Assembly: GCF_036321535.1 (NCBI RefSeq)
Contig: NC_087437.1
Location: forward strand, 91,948,001-92,012,000
Reading direction: 5' to 3'
DNA length: 64,000 nucleotides
DNA from: Camelus dromedarius
Taxonomy: Eukaryota
Both the position numbers and the translations under genes were made by a program. The notes under the pieces are model-generated. The model was not told the DNA's origin, did no database searches, and saw only the letters and a program-made list of their open reading frames with translations. The first letter of the stretch is position 1, and each line of letters begins with the position of its first letter. This document shows positions 25,505-39,413 of the stretch, piece by piece.

Positions 25505-28000
25505 CACTTATTAATTTAAAGATGCTAAAACAGCTTGCATTCCTGAAATAAACTCCAATTTTTCATGATTTATTATCATTATATGTTGTTGGATTCCATT
25601 TTGCCTCTATATTAACATAAAATGTTAGTTTGTAGTTTTCATTCTCATGACAACTTTCTCTGATTTTGCAATTAGGGTAACTATTTTCTGAAAGGCTGTG
25701 AAACAGTATTTTTTCCTGAAATGTCTGACAGACATAATTATTTAAGACATCTGAGCCTAGAGTTTTCTTTATAGAAAGGCTTTTAATTTTAATTATAACG
25801 TCATTATTTGATATGAAGTTGTTTTTTTTTCCCTGTCTCCAGAGAGAAGTTAAATTCTTTATGTTTTTCTAAAAACAAATTCTATTTCATCAAGGTCGTC
25901 AAATTTATTGGCATAAATACTTCATAATTTTCTCTTATTATTTTATTTTATGAAAAATCTATAGTGATGTCCTCTATGTCATTTCTAATTTTGGTAATCT
26001 GTGTCTTCTCTTTTTTTCTTAGTAAGTCTGAAAAGAGCTATAGGTATTTTCATTATTTTTCCCCAAATAATCAGCTTTTGTTTTGGTTTTTTTTTCCTAT
26101 TGATATTCTGTTTCTATTTAATTTATTTCTGCCCCTCCAATTTTGCATTTTTCTCCCTTTGGTTTGTTTTTTTTCTTTAAATTGTTCTTTTTCTTTTTAA
26201 TTATTATATTGGACAGGTATAGAGAACTCCATTTCCAGTAAGAGTTCTGACAACTATGTATTTCTCTCTATTCATAGGTTTGGCTGCTTCCTAAATTTTT
26301 TGATATATTTAGTTCAAAATTTATTTTAATTTTACTTGTTACTTCCCATCTCCCATCCAATATAATTATTTATAGTATAGATCTATACACATTATAAACT
26401 GCACAATAATTATTATTTTTAAACAATTATATGGTTAATAAATAAATTAAAGGGAGAAAGGCAAAAAAATTGCACTAATACAGATATTTATCTATTTCTG
26501 ATGTTCTTCATTCTTTTCTGAGGGTATGAGTTTTCATCTGTCATTACATTTGAGTGTGAAGAATTGCCTTACTTTACCTGTAGTGAAGGTCGGCTCTTGG
26601 CTAATTCTCTTAGTTTCCTTTTATCTATTTCACCTTTATTCTTGAATAAAATTTTTTCTGGATGTTATTCTTGTATATTTTTGTTTTTTGAAATTGTTTT
26701 TCCATTCCCTTCTGCCTCCATGTTTTTTTATACGTCAGCCATTAACTGGATCATTGTTGCTTTGTTTGTATATGTTTCTCTTGCCTCTTTCAAGCTTTGT
26801 TATATATTTTTTAGCTTTTAACAGTTTGAATATGATGTATCTTAGCCTGAGCTTATTTGTATTTACTCTGCTTGGTGTTCATCTTGCATCTGAAATTCTC
26901 TTTCAACAAATTTAGGGAAATAATGACCATTTTTACCCCCAATTTTTCCCATTCTTGTTGTCTCCCACTCTGCTATTCCAACTAGAAATTTGCCTGGCCA
27001 TTTGATATCAAGATGCTGTTTATATTTTCAGTATGTCTATCTACATTCTTCACCTTGGATTATGTCTATTGATATACATTCAGTTTACAATTTCCCTTGT
27101 CATGTCCATTGCAGTAAGTCAATCTAGGAAATTATTTTTCAGAAATTGCAATTTCCAGCTCTAGAATCTATTCAATTATTTTTATGGTTTCTATACATTG
27201 TTTAAAGTTCTTTTTTTACTGAGATTTCATACATTAAAAATATATGTTGCTTTAATTAACTGAAGATAGTTATAATAGTCGATTTGAATCTCTTAGATCT
27301 AAGGCAGATCTTCTCATGGCCAGTCTTGATCACTCTTCCTTTCATCTTAGTCTGTGTTCCATACTCTTGGATCTTCATATCTTGAGTAATTTTGGATTTC
27401 ATATTTGACATTATGAATGACCATTATTTCTTCTTTTTAGGTGTAAAGATTGTATTAATTATCAATATTATTTTATTTAATGAATATTATTTATTTTAAC
27501 ATATAATTTTGTTGACTAGGTTTGAACAGTGTACTCTTTTTTTTTTATAAGCTGTCTCCACTGCCATTCATACCTTTTGTCTTTAATTGGGTTGACTGGC
27601 TTTGAAAACTACACAACTCCTGGGTTATACAGACATGTGTGTCAACAGCGCTTGAAGTTCTCTGCTTTTTTTTTTCTCTTTAAGCATTTTTCTCATTCTA
27701 TTCAGTGTCACAATTTTTCTTGCCCCTCATTCTCCAAGCCAAAATAAAAATGTGAGCTTTTGACAAGTGCCCTCATTTGAAGCGTATGAGATGTGTGTAC
27801 TGTTTACGGTTACAGGCTAAAAGCCAAGAAGATGGGAACTTTCATCTACAGCTCCCTGCCTCCCTCCTTCAAACAAGTATGCACTCCCACTGGAGTCTGC
27901 TTTTGCTCACTCTCCAGTACCTTTAGATAGTCACTTTTTGCCCTGCAGGTAGAGGGGTCTGTTAGTAAAGTCTTGGCCTGTCAGATAGAGAAACAGAATC
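25505..28000 (-). mobile_element. Ancient antisense LINE-1 (ORF2, ORF1 and 5' relics)
   Basis: T-rich tract with cttgcattcctgaaataaactcc, tttctaattttggtaatctgtgtcttctc and cagtttgaatatgatgtatcttag. Confidence 0.75.
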
Positions 28001-29642
28001 TACCTCTTACATTATTTTGTCTGTACTTATGTACAGTTAGCTGACAGTTAGCTTTAAATAATTAAAATCTAGCTCACAAGTTTTTAATGTCAACAAATTT
28101 AACTGACCATGCATTCACACTGTAGAAAAATGTACAATACCATAAGGAAAAAAAAGAGATAATAGTCACTAATCATCATAACATATGATCATAACTATTT
28201 TGAGATTCTGATGTGCAATTTTTTGTTCTAGCCATTCTTATGAGTTATGTCTTGTATTTTCCATTTATTGTATTATTTTAATAATACAAATATCCTGCTT
28301 TCCTCAGAACTCTAAATTATAGCAAACATCAAATTATGCTTAAATATTAATGCTAATTTCAACTGCAATGCATTACTTCATTTACCATAAATACATATAT
28401 GTATATATACATATGTTTCATAAGATATGCAGAAGTGCCAAATTCCCATCTTTGACATTAAATACTCAAGCTGATTAGCATGAAATTTGTTGTGCTAAAT
28501 AGCCTGAGAAGAGGGGAGCATGAAATTGACTTGACATGTTAATATCATATTTTACAGTGAGTCACATTATGATTAAATGGGAATTTTATTGTAACTACAC
28601 ATGATGCCTTGCCTTCACAAAATACTCTTACTCTGAACAATTCTGTGGGAATATTACTGGTCCCCAAAGGAGATATGCTTATTTGAAACCTGCTCAAGTT
28701 TCTGAGATTTACATATGTCCAAATTTAGAGAAGACCATTAGTGTTTAAGTATTCAAAGTGTGAATTATAAACAAACTAATGAGAAAATCAGAAGACTTCT
28801 AGTATTTAAACAAACAAATGATACCTTTGTTTTTTTAACCGATGCTGGTAAATATTTTATGCCTGATCCAGAAAACTTACCTGTGTCAAACTAAATGCTA
28901 AAATTATATTTAAAGTCAGTGTCCAAACTGAAACAACCAGCCCTTAATGGAAAGAAAAACATAATTAAGTTTGCACTATTTTAACAATGAGAGGATTGTC
29001 CAATTTCCTAGAAATACTATCTATACATTTGCTTCCTCTCTAGTCAAATTTTAATCGACATTTTTCAGTGTTTGCAGAAATAGGTTTACTGTCTCATTTG
29101 TATAGGACTATGTTATATACATATTTTTTATGTAAGAACTGGATGACACTTTTTAGTTACAGTCTGGATCACCATAAAATGGGTTACATTTATTACAACA
29201 ATTCCTCTGCTCATAATTAGAAGCATGCAAATAATGTTGACAGCTGGGTTTAATGCCTTTTTATTTGATTTTAATGGGTTTATCCCTAAGAACAAAGTGA
29301 CGGTCAAAGAAGTTCTAATTTGGTCAAGGTCACAAATTGATTAGCACATGGTTTTGATGCCAAGCCATAAGTTCAATCCCAACTTTTCTTATACTTCTCC
29401 CTAAACCCTTAAAAAAGAAAAAAACTTTACTTGTAACTGTGCCCAGTAAAATTACATCTCCAAAATCCATAAAAAGTTTGGCTGATTTCTTCAGTATCAA
29501 TGCCATATTAGAGTAACATATTTAAATTGAATATTTTCATAACAGAATTTACAACAGTTGGCCATAAGTTCAACATAAACAAATAGTAGCTGCATATTTC
29601 TGTTTTTGCAAAGTTGGCTAATGGCTAGTTTATTGTGGTGGA

Positions 29643-29865
29643 ACAATATAACGTAGTGGTTAGAGGATGGTCTCTGGAGCAGAATTATCTGAATTTAAAG
29701 CTTGGGTCTGTGAATTACTACCAGCTTGACATCAGGCAAGTTACTTCATCCTCAATTTCCCTATCTTTAAAATGTGCAATATATTCGTAACATGTATGCT
29801 TTAAAAAGTTATGTAAGTTTCTGGTGAATTAATACTTAGAAAACATACAGAATGGTAACTGGTGT
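29643..29865 (+). mobile_element. MIR SINE
   Basis: gtagtggttagaggatggtctctggagcaga head and ggcaagttactt...cctcaatttccctatctttaaaatg core. Confidence 0.8.
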
Positions 29866-31399
29866 TATTCCTATTATTAAGTAAACATTGTGAGACAAAT
29901 ATGAAAATAGCAGTAGCTGTCTTGTTTGCTCTTTTAGTTAACCCTTGCAGATGCCCAGAGTATTTACAAAATCTCCCATGAGCAAATTGCCATTTACATT
30001 AATAAATTATTTGTTTAAAGCACACATCACTGGCTAAATATTAGATGATTCTATTCTGTTTTTATATCCAAAAGTCTCTGTTCCCTAATGTGCTTTTTAA
30101 ATAAATATCACACTCAAATTTGACAGATGAAATAGCTTAATTCAGTAGATTCTGAATAATAGAAGTCAGAAAATTGAAAACATTGTACCAAAGAAATGTG
30201 AGGGGGAAAAAAAGGACTATCTTTCAACACTATCAGATAGGACTCTGTGGATGTGTCTGTGGGTGTGGAAAGCTAGTCAATACTTCTGTCTTCATTCAGG
30301 ATCTCAGGGTCTCTGGCACTATAATGGCTGCATGCCTGGATAACAATGTCTGGGAACAGGTGGGCTTAAAGCTTCAAGGCTACATCTTGTTAGAAATAAA
30401 CTGAATGTACCAAAAACAAAACAGAAAAACATCAACAAAAGAACTGGTTTAGCAAAAACACAATAACAAGGCAAAGAAAGTATGCAGATAGAATATAGAC
30501 ACTGTATGGATCAAACTACTAAATTCAAAACAGGATTTTGTGCCTAGTTATTATCTTTGATTTCTTATCTAGGTGTCAAAAATAGTCATTCAGTAATTTT
30601 AAGGATCTGCAGAGTCAAAAATTTCAAAAGTTGATTTAAAAGAGATGCTTGAAAAATATCCTACTGAGCAAAACCTGGGGAGTACACCTTTCTGTCTCTT
30701 AAGAGACTATTAAATATTACTCATCAAATGGAGAATGAAGATGCAGTATAAACACCAATTTGAACATTGAAGATACTTGTTCTTCAGTCACAGCAAAGAG
30801 CTACTGCTTTGATGAAAGGTCTATTTAATTAATGAAATAATTCTGCTGCTTTGAAATTTTTTAGCCATTTGAAGTTCTGGTTGAATTTCTGTGTTGGAAG
30901 TTTTAAAGACATGAATGTAAACTTAAAATAGGCTTCTAAAATTATATTTGGCATTTGAAGATCTCCAGTTTGTAGGCTTACATTTATATTTTCCAAAGAA
31001 AAATATTATCTTAAAATTATTAACCAACTTCTCTATAAATCAGAAACTTTTGGAATATACATTTTAGAAATTTATTAAAATTAACTCATTATTGTTTATG
31101 ATAAATTCTGTACACAATGCATAGTTGTCAGCATTAGTATTAAACAGAAAGTTTCAGATTCAGTTCTGTGGATCTTGCCATATGTAACACGGAGAGTTTC
31201 ACAATGTGGAGAGCATATAAGCTCTCTCTATATTTTTGAAAATTCTGAATTCATTATTTTAAAAGTTGAGTCAAGATTTTTGTTTCTGAATTTAAGTTCT
31301 TTCTACCTGAATTACGAATAATATTTTATTCATAATATTGTAGAAATGCCAAAACTATATCTGCTTAGAAAGGGATTAAATTTATTACAAATAAAGTCT

Positions 31400-31602
31400 G
31401 TTTTTTGAACAAATGATAGCCAATTTACAATGTTGTGCTAATTTCTGGTACAGGATAGTGATTCATATATATATATTCTCTTTTATTGTAGACCATTACA
31501 AAATATTGAATAGGTCCCTGCTCTATACAGTAGTACCTTGATGTTTATCTATGTTATATATAGTAGTTAGTATCTACAAATCCTGAACTCCCAATGTATC
31601 CA
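31400..31602 (-). mobile_element. Short young-type L1 3' end
   Basis: tttacaatgttgtgctaatttctggtacag...aaatattgaataggtccctgctctatacagtag. Confidence 0.75.
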
Positions 31603-31789
31603 TGCTAAGGAAACTATTTAAATAAACTGAACTGACCACTGGCTTATATTTCAAGCTAGAGTAAAAAATGATCACAACTAACTAGAAGCATGTCCAAAAT
31701 GGGAGCTTAGTACAATAAAATAAAGGAAGCAGCAGAAAACATTATAGAATAAGGAATAAAAAGTGAAATGAGGAGACCCTTGGATCACT

Positions 31790-31915
31790 CTTCATTCAGT
31801 TACTTATATATTCATTCAACAAATATTTATGAAGGGCTAATTGCATGCCAAAAGCTTTGCTAGGCCCAGAGACATGGGATGAAGAATATATGTGCATGTT
31901 TGCCTCTCCATGAAA
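31790..31915 (-). mobile_element. L2 3' end
   Basis: ttcattcaacaaatatttat...tgccaaaagctttgctaggc. Confidence 0.7.
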
Positions 31916-32374
31916 TGCACTGCCCGCCTAATGGAAAAGGGATTAGAGAATGGCAAAAACATTTGACAGAAAGAGATGCCATGTTTTATACTTAAGTGGT
32001 TATGTTTCATTCACTGACTAGTATTTTGATTTTAAATGGACAGAATTTTGTTCAGTAACTGCAAAAATCCCTTGCAGCATAGAAAATATGTAACTCAAGT
32101 TTGGAATCAGAGAAAACTTTGCTTCCCCAGAGAAAATTGTTTCCTTTTTCCTTAAGATCAATAGTACTTATAACTCTTTTTATCAAATTAGTTTGCTTAA
32201 TTTGGATTGGCCTTTAGTAAGTTTGAAGTCAATTATATTGAATAATTTTCCAGGACTCCTTTGTAGCATGTATTTTCTACATACAAACTCCCTGGATTCA
32301 TCTTACTATCATTTCTTTCTTTTTTTTTTTTTTCTTATTTATATACTCTACTTAAAAGTTCTTCTATTGTACAT

Positions 32375-34490
32375 ATACATTTATTTTAATTTTTAGAGTA
32401 GTTTTAAACTTAGAGAAAAATTGTGTGGCTAATGCAGAGAATTCCCATATACTCTATATCCAGTTTCTCCTGCTTGTAATATCTCACAGTAGTACAATGT
32501 ATTTCTCACAATTGATAAGCCAATATTGGCACCTTATTAGTTTATAAAGTCCATGATTTATTTAAATTTTCTTAGTTTTTATCTATTACATTTTATCTGT
32601 TCCAGAATCTCATGCAGGATATCACACTGCATTTAGCCATATCATCTCCTTAATGTCCTTTTGGCTTTGACAATTTTTCAGACATTCCTCGTTTTGATGT
32701 CCTCGATAGTTTTGAGGTATTTTGTTCAGGTTTTTAGAATGTCCCTCAGTTGGGATTTATCTCATATTTTTCTCATGATTAAACTGGGATTTTTGTGAGG
32801 AAGGCCATGGAGAGATAAAGCACCACTCTTGTGACATCCTATCAAGGGTGCATGCTGTCTACATGAATGATTACTGTTGATGTTAAATGTGGTCACATGG
32901 CTTAGGTAGTACTTGTTATATTTCCCCACGCTAAACTTCCCCTATTTTCACACTTTGGAAAGAAAACACTATGAGCACCTCAAACTTAAGAAATGTAGGG
33001 TTATACTTCACCTCCTTAAGAATGGAATATTTACATAAATCATTTGGAAGTCATTTGCACAGGAAATATGTCAGTTCCTTTTAATTTATTTATGTATTCA
33101 ATCATTTATTCATATTAGTATAGACTTTTGATATTCATTTTATGCTTTGGGCTATAATCCAATTTAGTTTTTCTCTTCTCTCTCTCCTCTCTCTCTCTCT
33201 TTCAAATTGTTTCATCTTTAGCCATTGCAACTCTTTCATGCAATGTTACTGTATGCTTTTAAAATGTCCTTCCCCCTTCTTTTTATTTGAATACTTTCTT
33301 ACTTTCTGGCACCAGATGATCTAGTTTTATCTTGCATATTTGCTGCCCCAGTCCTAGAATTAGCTGTTGTTCTAAGGAGCTCTGGTTGCTTTAATGAGAG
33401 AATAGCACTAGAAACCAATAGTTGAATATACATTGTGCTCATTACTACTGGAGTGTGATTATCTTTATGTCCTCTCAACCAGCAAATCAAGAAGATACAT
33501 GTATGAAATCTAACTAGTTCATATACACATATACATAAAATTTCTATACATAATTATTAGTGTCTATATTAAGCTAAACCTAAATTCATATTGGTCTCTA
33601 ATCCTAATTCATTACCATGTGGATCATTCTAGACTTCTTCCTTTGCTTATCTATAACTTCCCAATTCAACAGTGATACATGTGGCTCCAGTCATTCATGA
33701 GTCATTTACTTAAGTGTTCAATTCCAGAATACATGTACAGTAGCTTCAGAACCTGTTAACCTGTGCCCGATTGAACAGAGCTTCATCAACTAGAATACAG
33801 TACTTATGTACAGTTCCTTTTGCATTTACTCTTATAGACTCTATTCATTCCCCAAGTCCAAAAATTCAGCACCTTATTCCACTGCTCCCTTCACTTAGGG
33901 TGTTTCATGTAATTCTAATAAACATAGATGCTTGTGTCACATTTTGAAATCTATTCTTGGATCTTCTCACTTCCTAAATATTTTTCTCAAATTTGCATTT
34001 ATGAATGATTACTATTTGTGCTATAAAGTTCTATGGATTTTGACAGCTCCATGTCTTGCAATCACTATTACACTATTAAAAAGTACAATCCTACTGCACT
34101 AATAAAATCCTCTGTACTTCACCTATTCCATTCTCCTCTCTACACAACCAGCGCCCACTATGTGCACGCACACAAACACACAAACGCGCGCGCAACAACC
34201 ACTGACCCTAACATTCTATCACTATGCCTTTTTCAGAATTTTATATAATAGGACTCACACAGTATGTAGATTTTTCAGAATTGATTCACTTACTTAGCAA
34301 TATGCATTTTAGATTCATCTGTACATTTTCGTGGCTTGATAACTCATTTATTTTTGTCATTCATTAATTTTTCATTCTCTGTTTCATAGCTTATCCATTC
34401 ATTTGTTGAAGAAAATGTTACTTTTTTCCATTTTTGGGCAATTATGAATAACCTGCTGTGAATCTGTGTGCATTTTTTTATGGACAGTTG
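32375..34490 (-). mobile_element. L1MC/MD-type long 3'UTR and ORF2 end
   Basis: cagagaattcccatatac, agaatgtccctcagttgggatttatct, ttcacttacttagcaatatgcatt. Interrupted at about 34491 by a + strand L1. Confidence 0.8.
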
Positions 34491-34491
34491 T

Positions 34492-37400
34492 AGAGGGGAA
34501 ATTAGAATGGCAGAGTAGAAGGTCACTGACCTCACTATTCCCAAGAAATATATTAAAAATACATCCACATGCAAAACAACTCTCACTGAAAACAACTTAG
34601 AGACTGGCAGAAAGTCTCTTCTACAATCAAGACTGTAAAGAAAGATTCACATGAGTCAGGGAAGAAGGGAGTAAAAGCAATGGGGTCAGGACCTGTAGCC
34701 TAGCTGGGGACACAGATGAGGAGGGGGTGCCATGGACTCAAGGATACCTCCCTGGAGAGTGACAGGTTGAGCCACATACTGGGTACACCAGCCTGGGGTA
34801 TGACATTAAGAAGTTGAGCTCCCTTAGGTGGTTTGAAAACAGTGTGACTTCCCAAAAGGCCATAAGAAACAGAGAGTCCACTTGTGAAGAGTGCTTGCAC
34901 ACACTTACTTGCTTCCAGGAACAGCATGGAGAAAGTATATTGAAAACTGCAGGGGAGTCTAATCAGTTTCCCCTGAAAATCCCAGCAAGAACCCCAGCCT
35001 GCACCAGGTGCCTATCCAGCCGCTTTGCTCTGGTGCTGCTCTCCACTAGGGCAGTGATGTCATTGCCAAGGAGAGTGTGCACAATGAAAGGGAAGTGAAC
35101 TCAATTGGATGCAACCCTGCCTCTGAACAAGACAAAGGTAGGCATTACCAGTGTGTGCAGGGGCAGCAATTTGAAACAAGCCTGCAGCTCTGACCGAATT
35201 GGTGGCCTTCCAGCACATACCCTATCCCACACTGAGCCCTGCTCCAGCCTTTTTTGCTGCAACTCTGTTTTCCATTAAGGTGGAGGGTGCTGTTGCCAAG
35301 GAGAGTGTGTACACTTAGAGGGAGCAAAACTAGCTCACTCAAAAACCTCAGAGCTTCTGCTCCAACACCTTGAGTTCTGACCTCACACTCACTATGGTGG
35401 TGACTGATAATGAGCACAGGAGAAGCCCCAGATCACACCTGGCTCTGGCTCTAGAATCTTTGTCTCCTACCTCCCTCAAAGGATGGTATCTGCAGCACAC
35501 CCCAGGGGAAGATGTGACCCATGCTCACTTCTGTTTCAGCTGTCCCACCAAAACCACTGGGAATATACATACTGCACTGGAACACTCGCATACAAGGATA
35601 TCCCTTCATGACTAGGAATAGTAACTGTTTCACCTCATTTCAGAAAGACAAAGTTAAACAAAAATAGAAGACAGAGGAGTATGTTTCAAATGAAAGAACA
35701 ACAACAAAAAAAAACCCCAAAACCCTAATAAAATAGATATAAATGACTTATCAGATAAAGAGTTCAATGCAATGGTAATAAGAATGCTAACTAAACTTGG
35801 GAAAAGAATAGATGAACACAGTGAGAATTTTAACAAGAAATAAGAGGAACTAAAAATTAAAGCAGAGCTGAAAATATAATAACTGAGATAAAAAATAAAC
35901 TGGAAGGTATTAACAGCAGAATAAGTGACTTAGAGGAATGAATAACTGATCTGGAAAACAGAATAATGAAAACCATCCAATCAGAATAGCAAAAATACAA
36001 ACAAATTTAAAAAATATAGTTTAAGGGTACTCTGAGACAACATTAAATGTACTAATATTGGCATTATTGGGTCCCAGAAGAAGAGAAGGAAAAAGGGATT
36101 GCAAATGTATTTGATAAAATTATGGCCAAAATCTTCCTAAAGCTGAAGAAAGAAACATCTTTCCAGGTACAGGAAAGATGGAGAGTCCCAAACAAGATGA
36201 ACCTAAAGACAGACACATGAAGATGTATCACAATTAAGATGGTGAAAGTTAAAAATAAAGCGAGAATTTTAATAGCAGCAAGAGAAAAAGTCACATATAA
36301 AGGAAACCCTCAGAAGGCTATCAACTCATTTTTCTGCAGAAAATGTACCAGAAGAGAGTGGCATGATATATTTAAAGTGTCAAAAGGGAAAAACCTACAG
36401 CCTAGCATGCTCTACTCAGCAAATTTATTATTCAGAATTGAAGGAGAAATAAAGAACTTCTCTGATAAGAAAAAAAATAAAAGATCTTTATCAATACCAA
36501 ATTGATCTAAGAAGCAGTGTTAAAGGGTCTTCATTAAGTGGAAAAGAAAAGGCTATAACAAAAGTTAGAACTTACAGGAAAGGAAAAAATCCTACTAGCA
36601 AAGGCAAATACATATTAAAGGATCAACCACTTAAATAAGCTAGTGTGAAGATTAAAAGACAAAACATGTAAAAATCAACTATAAATACAATAAACTGTTA
36701 AGGGATAAACATGAAGATGTTAAATATTTCAAACATGTGGGGAAACAAAATATTTCAAAATGGGAAAGAAGTAAAAAATGTAGATCATTTAGAATGTGTT
36801 TGAACTTAAATGAGTATCAGTTTAAAACAAATAAGATTATAGGTTGACATATATGTACGTTAGGGTAAACATAAATTAAGAACCTATAACTGATACACAA
36901 AAACTATAGAAAAAGGAACATGAACATAACATTAAAAAAAAATCATCAGCACAGATCCCAGCCCTGCCTCCAAACCTCAAGGGAAGAAACTAAAATTAAA
37001 TAACAGAGAAGAACTATAAAAACAACCAGAAAAATAACTTTTAAAATTTCAGTAAGTATATAGCTACCAACAATCAATGAAATTTCCAAATGTCCATTGA
37101 TTTTAAATGTCAATGGACTTTCCAAACAAAAGACATAGGATGGCTGATTGGATTAAAAAAAGATCCATCTATATGCTGCTTATAAGAGTCTCACTTCAGA
37201 GCTAAAGACACACACAGACCAAAAGTTAGAGGATCAAAAAAATATATTCCTTGAAATGAAAAAGGAAAGAAAACTGGGGTAGCAATACTCACATAGACAT
37301 TAAAACAAAGTTTATAATAAAAGACAAAGAAGGGCATTATATAATGATAAAGTTATTAACACAAAAAGAGGCTATAATATTTGTTAACATACATAAACCT

Positions 37401-38451
37401 AAAATAGGAGCATCTAAATGCTATTACTAACATTAAGAACCCCCTTACACAATGGACAGGTCGTCAAGACAGAAAATCAACAAAAGCTATAGTCATCATA
37501 ACAGTATGGTACTGGCACAGAAACAGAAACACAGATCAATGGAACAGAAGAGAAAGCTGAGAAATAAACCTACACACATATGGTCAATTAATCTATGCCA
37601 AAGGAGGTAAAAACATGCAATGGGGAAAAGACAGTCTCTTCAGTAACTGGTGCTGGGAAAACTGGAAAGCTACATATAAAATAATGAAATTAGAACATTT
37701 TCTCATAGTGTATACAAAAATAAACTCAAAATGGATTAAAGACCTAAATGTTAGACATAAAACCATAAAACTCCTAGAAGAAAATATAGGTAGAGCACTC
37801 TTTGACATAAGTCACAGCATTTTTTTTGTGGAACTGATTTAAATTAAAAACTTTGGCACAGCAAAGGAAATCACTGGCAAAATGAAAATAAAATTTACTG
37901 AATGGGAGAAAATATTTGCAAGTGATATATCCAATAAGGGGTTAATATCCAAAAATAAACAACTCATTATAAAACAAACAAACCATCCAATTAAAAAATG
38001 GGCAGAAGACCTGAATAGACATTTTCTCACAGAGACTTACAGATGGCCAATGGACACAAGAAAACATGTTCAACATCACTAATCACCAGGGAAAGGCGAA
38101 CAAAATCATAATGAAGTATCACTTCATATCTATCAAAATGGTTATTGCCAAAAAGACCACAGATAACAAATATTCAGGAGGATGTGGAGAAAAGGGAACC
38201 TTAGTACACTATTGGTGGGAAAGTAAATTGGTGCAGCCACCATGGAAATCAGTATGGAACTTCACAAAAATTAAAACTAGAGTTACTGTATGATTCAGAA
38301 ATTCCACTCCTGGGAATATAACTGAAGAAAATGAAAACACTAATTTGAAAAGAGATATATACTTCAGTGTTCATAGCAGCATTATCAATAGCTAAGATAT
38401 GGAAGCAATCTAAATGTCCAATAACAGATGAATGGATAAAAAACAAGTGGC
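34492..38451 (+). mobile_element. LINE-1 with 5'UTR, ORF1, internally deleted ORF2 and no 3'UTR
   Basis: 5' start like aatggcagagtagaagg. ORF1 peptide VKNKARILIAAREKVTYKGNP. Endonuclease start near 37050. C-terminal peptide [18 protein letters not shown] is absent. Confidence 0.92.
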
Positions 38452-38488
<37 letters not shown>

Positions 38489-38504
38489 TACATATATATA
38501 TATA
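38452..38504. repeat. (TA)n(CA)n(TA)n microsatellite
   Basis: Directly visible. Confidence 0.95.
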
Positions 38505-38537
38505 CTTTTATACTTTAAAAAGTTAAAAACAAAATAC

Positions 38538-39413
38538 AGTGGGTATCTTGTAGACAACATACAGTTGGGCTTGCTCTTTTACCCATGGTGACAATCACTT
38601 TTTTTTTTTTTCAGTTTGATATGTGCAGGTGGGTCACATTTAAAGTGATTATTAATATAGTTGGATTAATGTCTACCATGGTTGTAACTATTTTCTATTT
38701 GTGAAATTATTTTCCTTTTTGTTCTCTTTTTCTGCCTTAAATTACTCTAAATGAATACTTCATGTGATCTCATTTTATCTACTTAGTGCATGAATTATAC
38801 TTTTTAAAATTCTTTTGTGCTGTTTTCTCTAATATTTTCAATATATATTTTTAACTAATGTAAATCTTCTTTCATATAACACTATTTTACTTTATATGTA
38901 GTGCAGGACCTCACAAGTCTTCCAAATTTCTTCTTCCCATCCCTTTTGACATTTCTACCATTCATTTCACTTACCCAATATAATGTTAATATTACTACTT
39001 GAAAAATATTTTTCTTTGACTTCAATTGCAAATAAAAATAAAATATATTTTACTACTAATGTGCTTTCTTTCTTTATGTAAATATAAGTTTCTGACATAT
39101 ATCACTGTATGGTTTATCTTCTACCTGAATTTCGTGTAGAAAAGAATCACCAGCAATGAATTCCCTCAGTGTTTGATAATAACTTAATTTCCCTTCACTT
39201 TTGAAGAATCATATTGCTGAATATAGAATTCTAACTTGGTCAATTTTATTTTTTCAATGCTAAATGCTTCCCTCAGGATGTTGGCTTGCCTTAAGATATA
39301 ATTTCTCTGAGGAGCCCAGGAAAAGTCATTGATTTTCAGTTTGTTCAGAATGTTCTTATTTTAAGATGTAGTAATAAGTTCTAATCTATACATGTTGGAA
39401 TGGAATAAAAGTC
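38538..39413 (-). mobile_element. Ancient antisense L1 5' portion (ORF2 start, inter-ORF region and 5' terminus)
   Basis: tcttgtagacaacatacagttggg, tttaaagtgattattaatatagttgga and aaaagtcattgattttcagtttgttcag. Confidence 0.7.

Noticed and set aside
30174..30404. 76-aa ORF in a slightly GC-richer patch
   Set aside because: Non-ATG start, no splice signals and no recognisable family; possibly an old LTR relic that I cannot assign.
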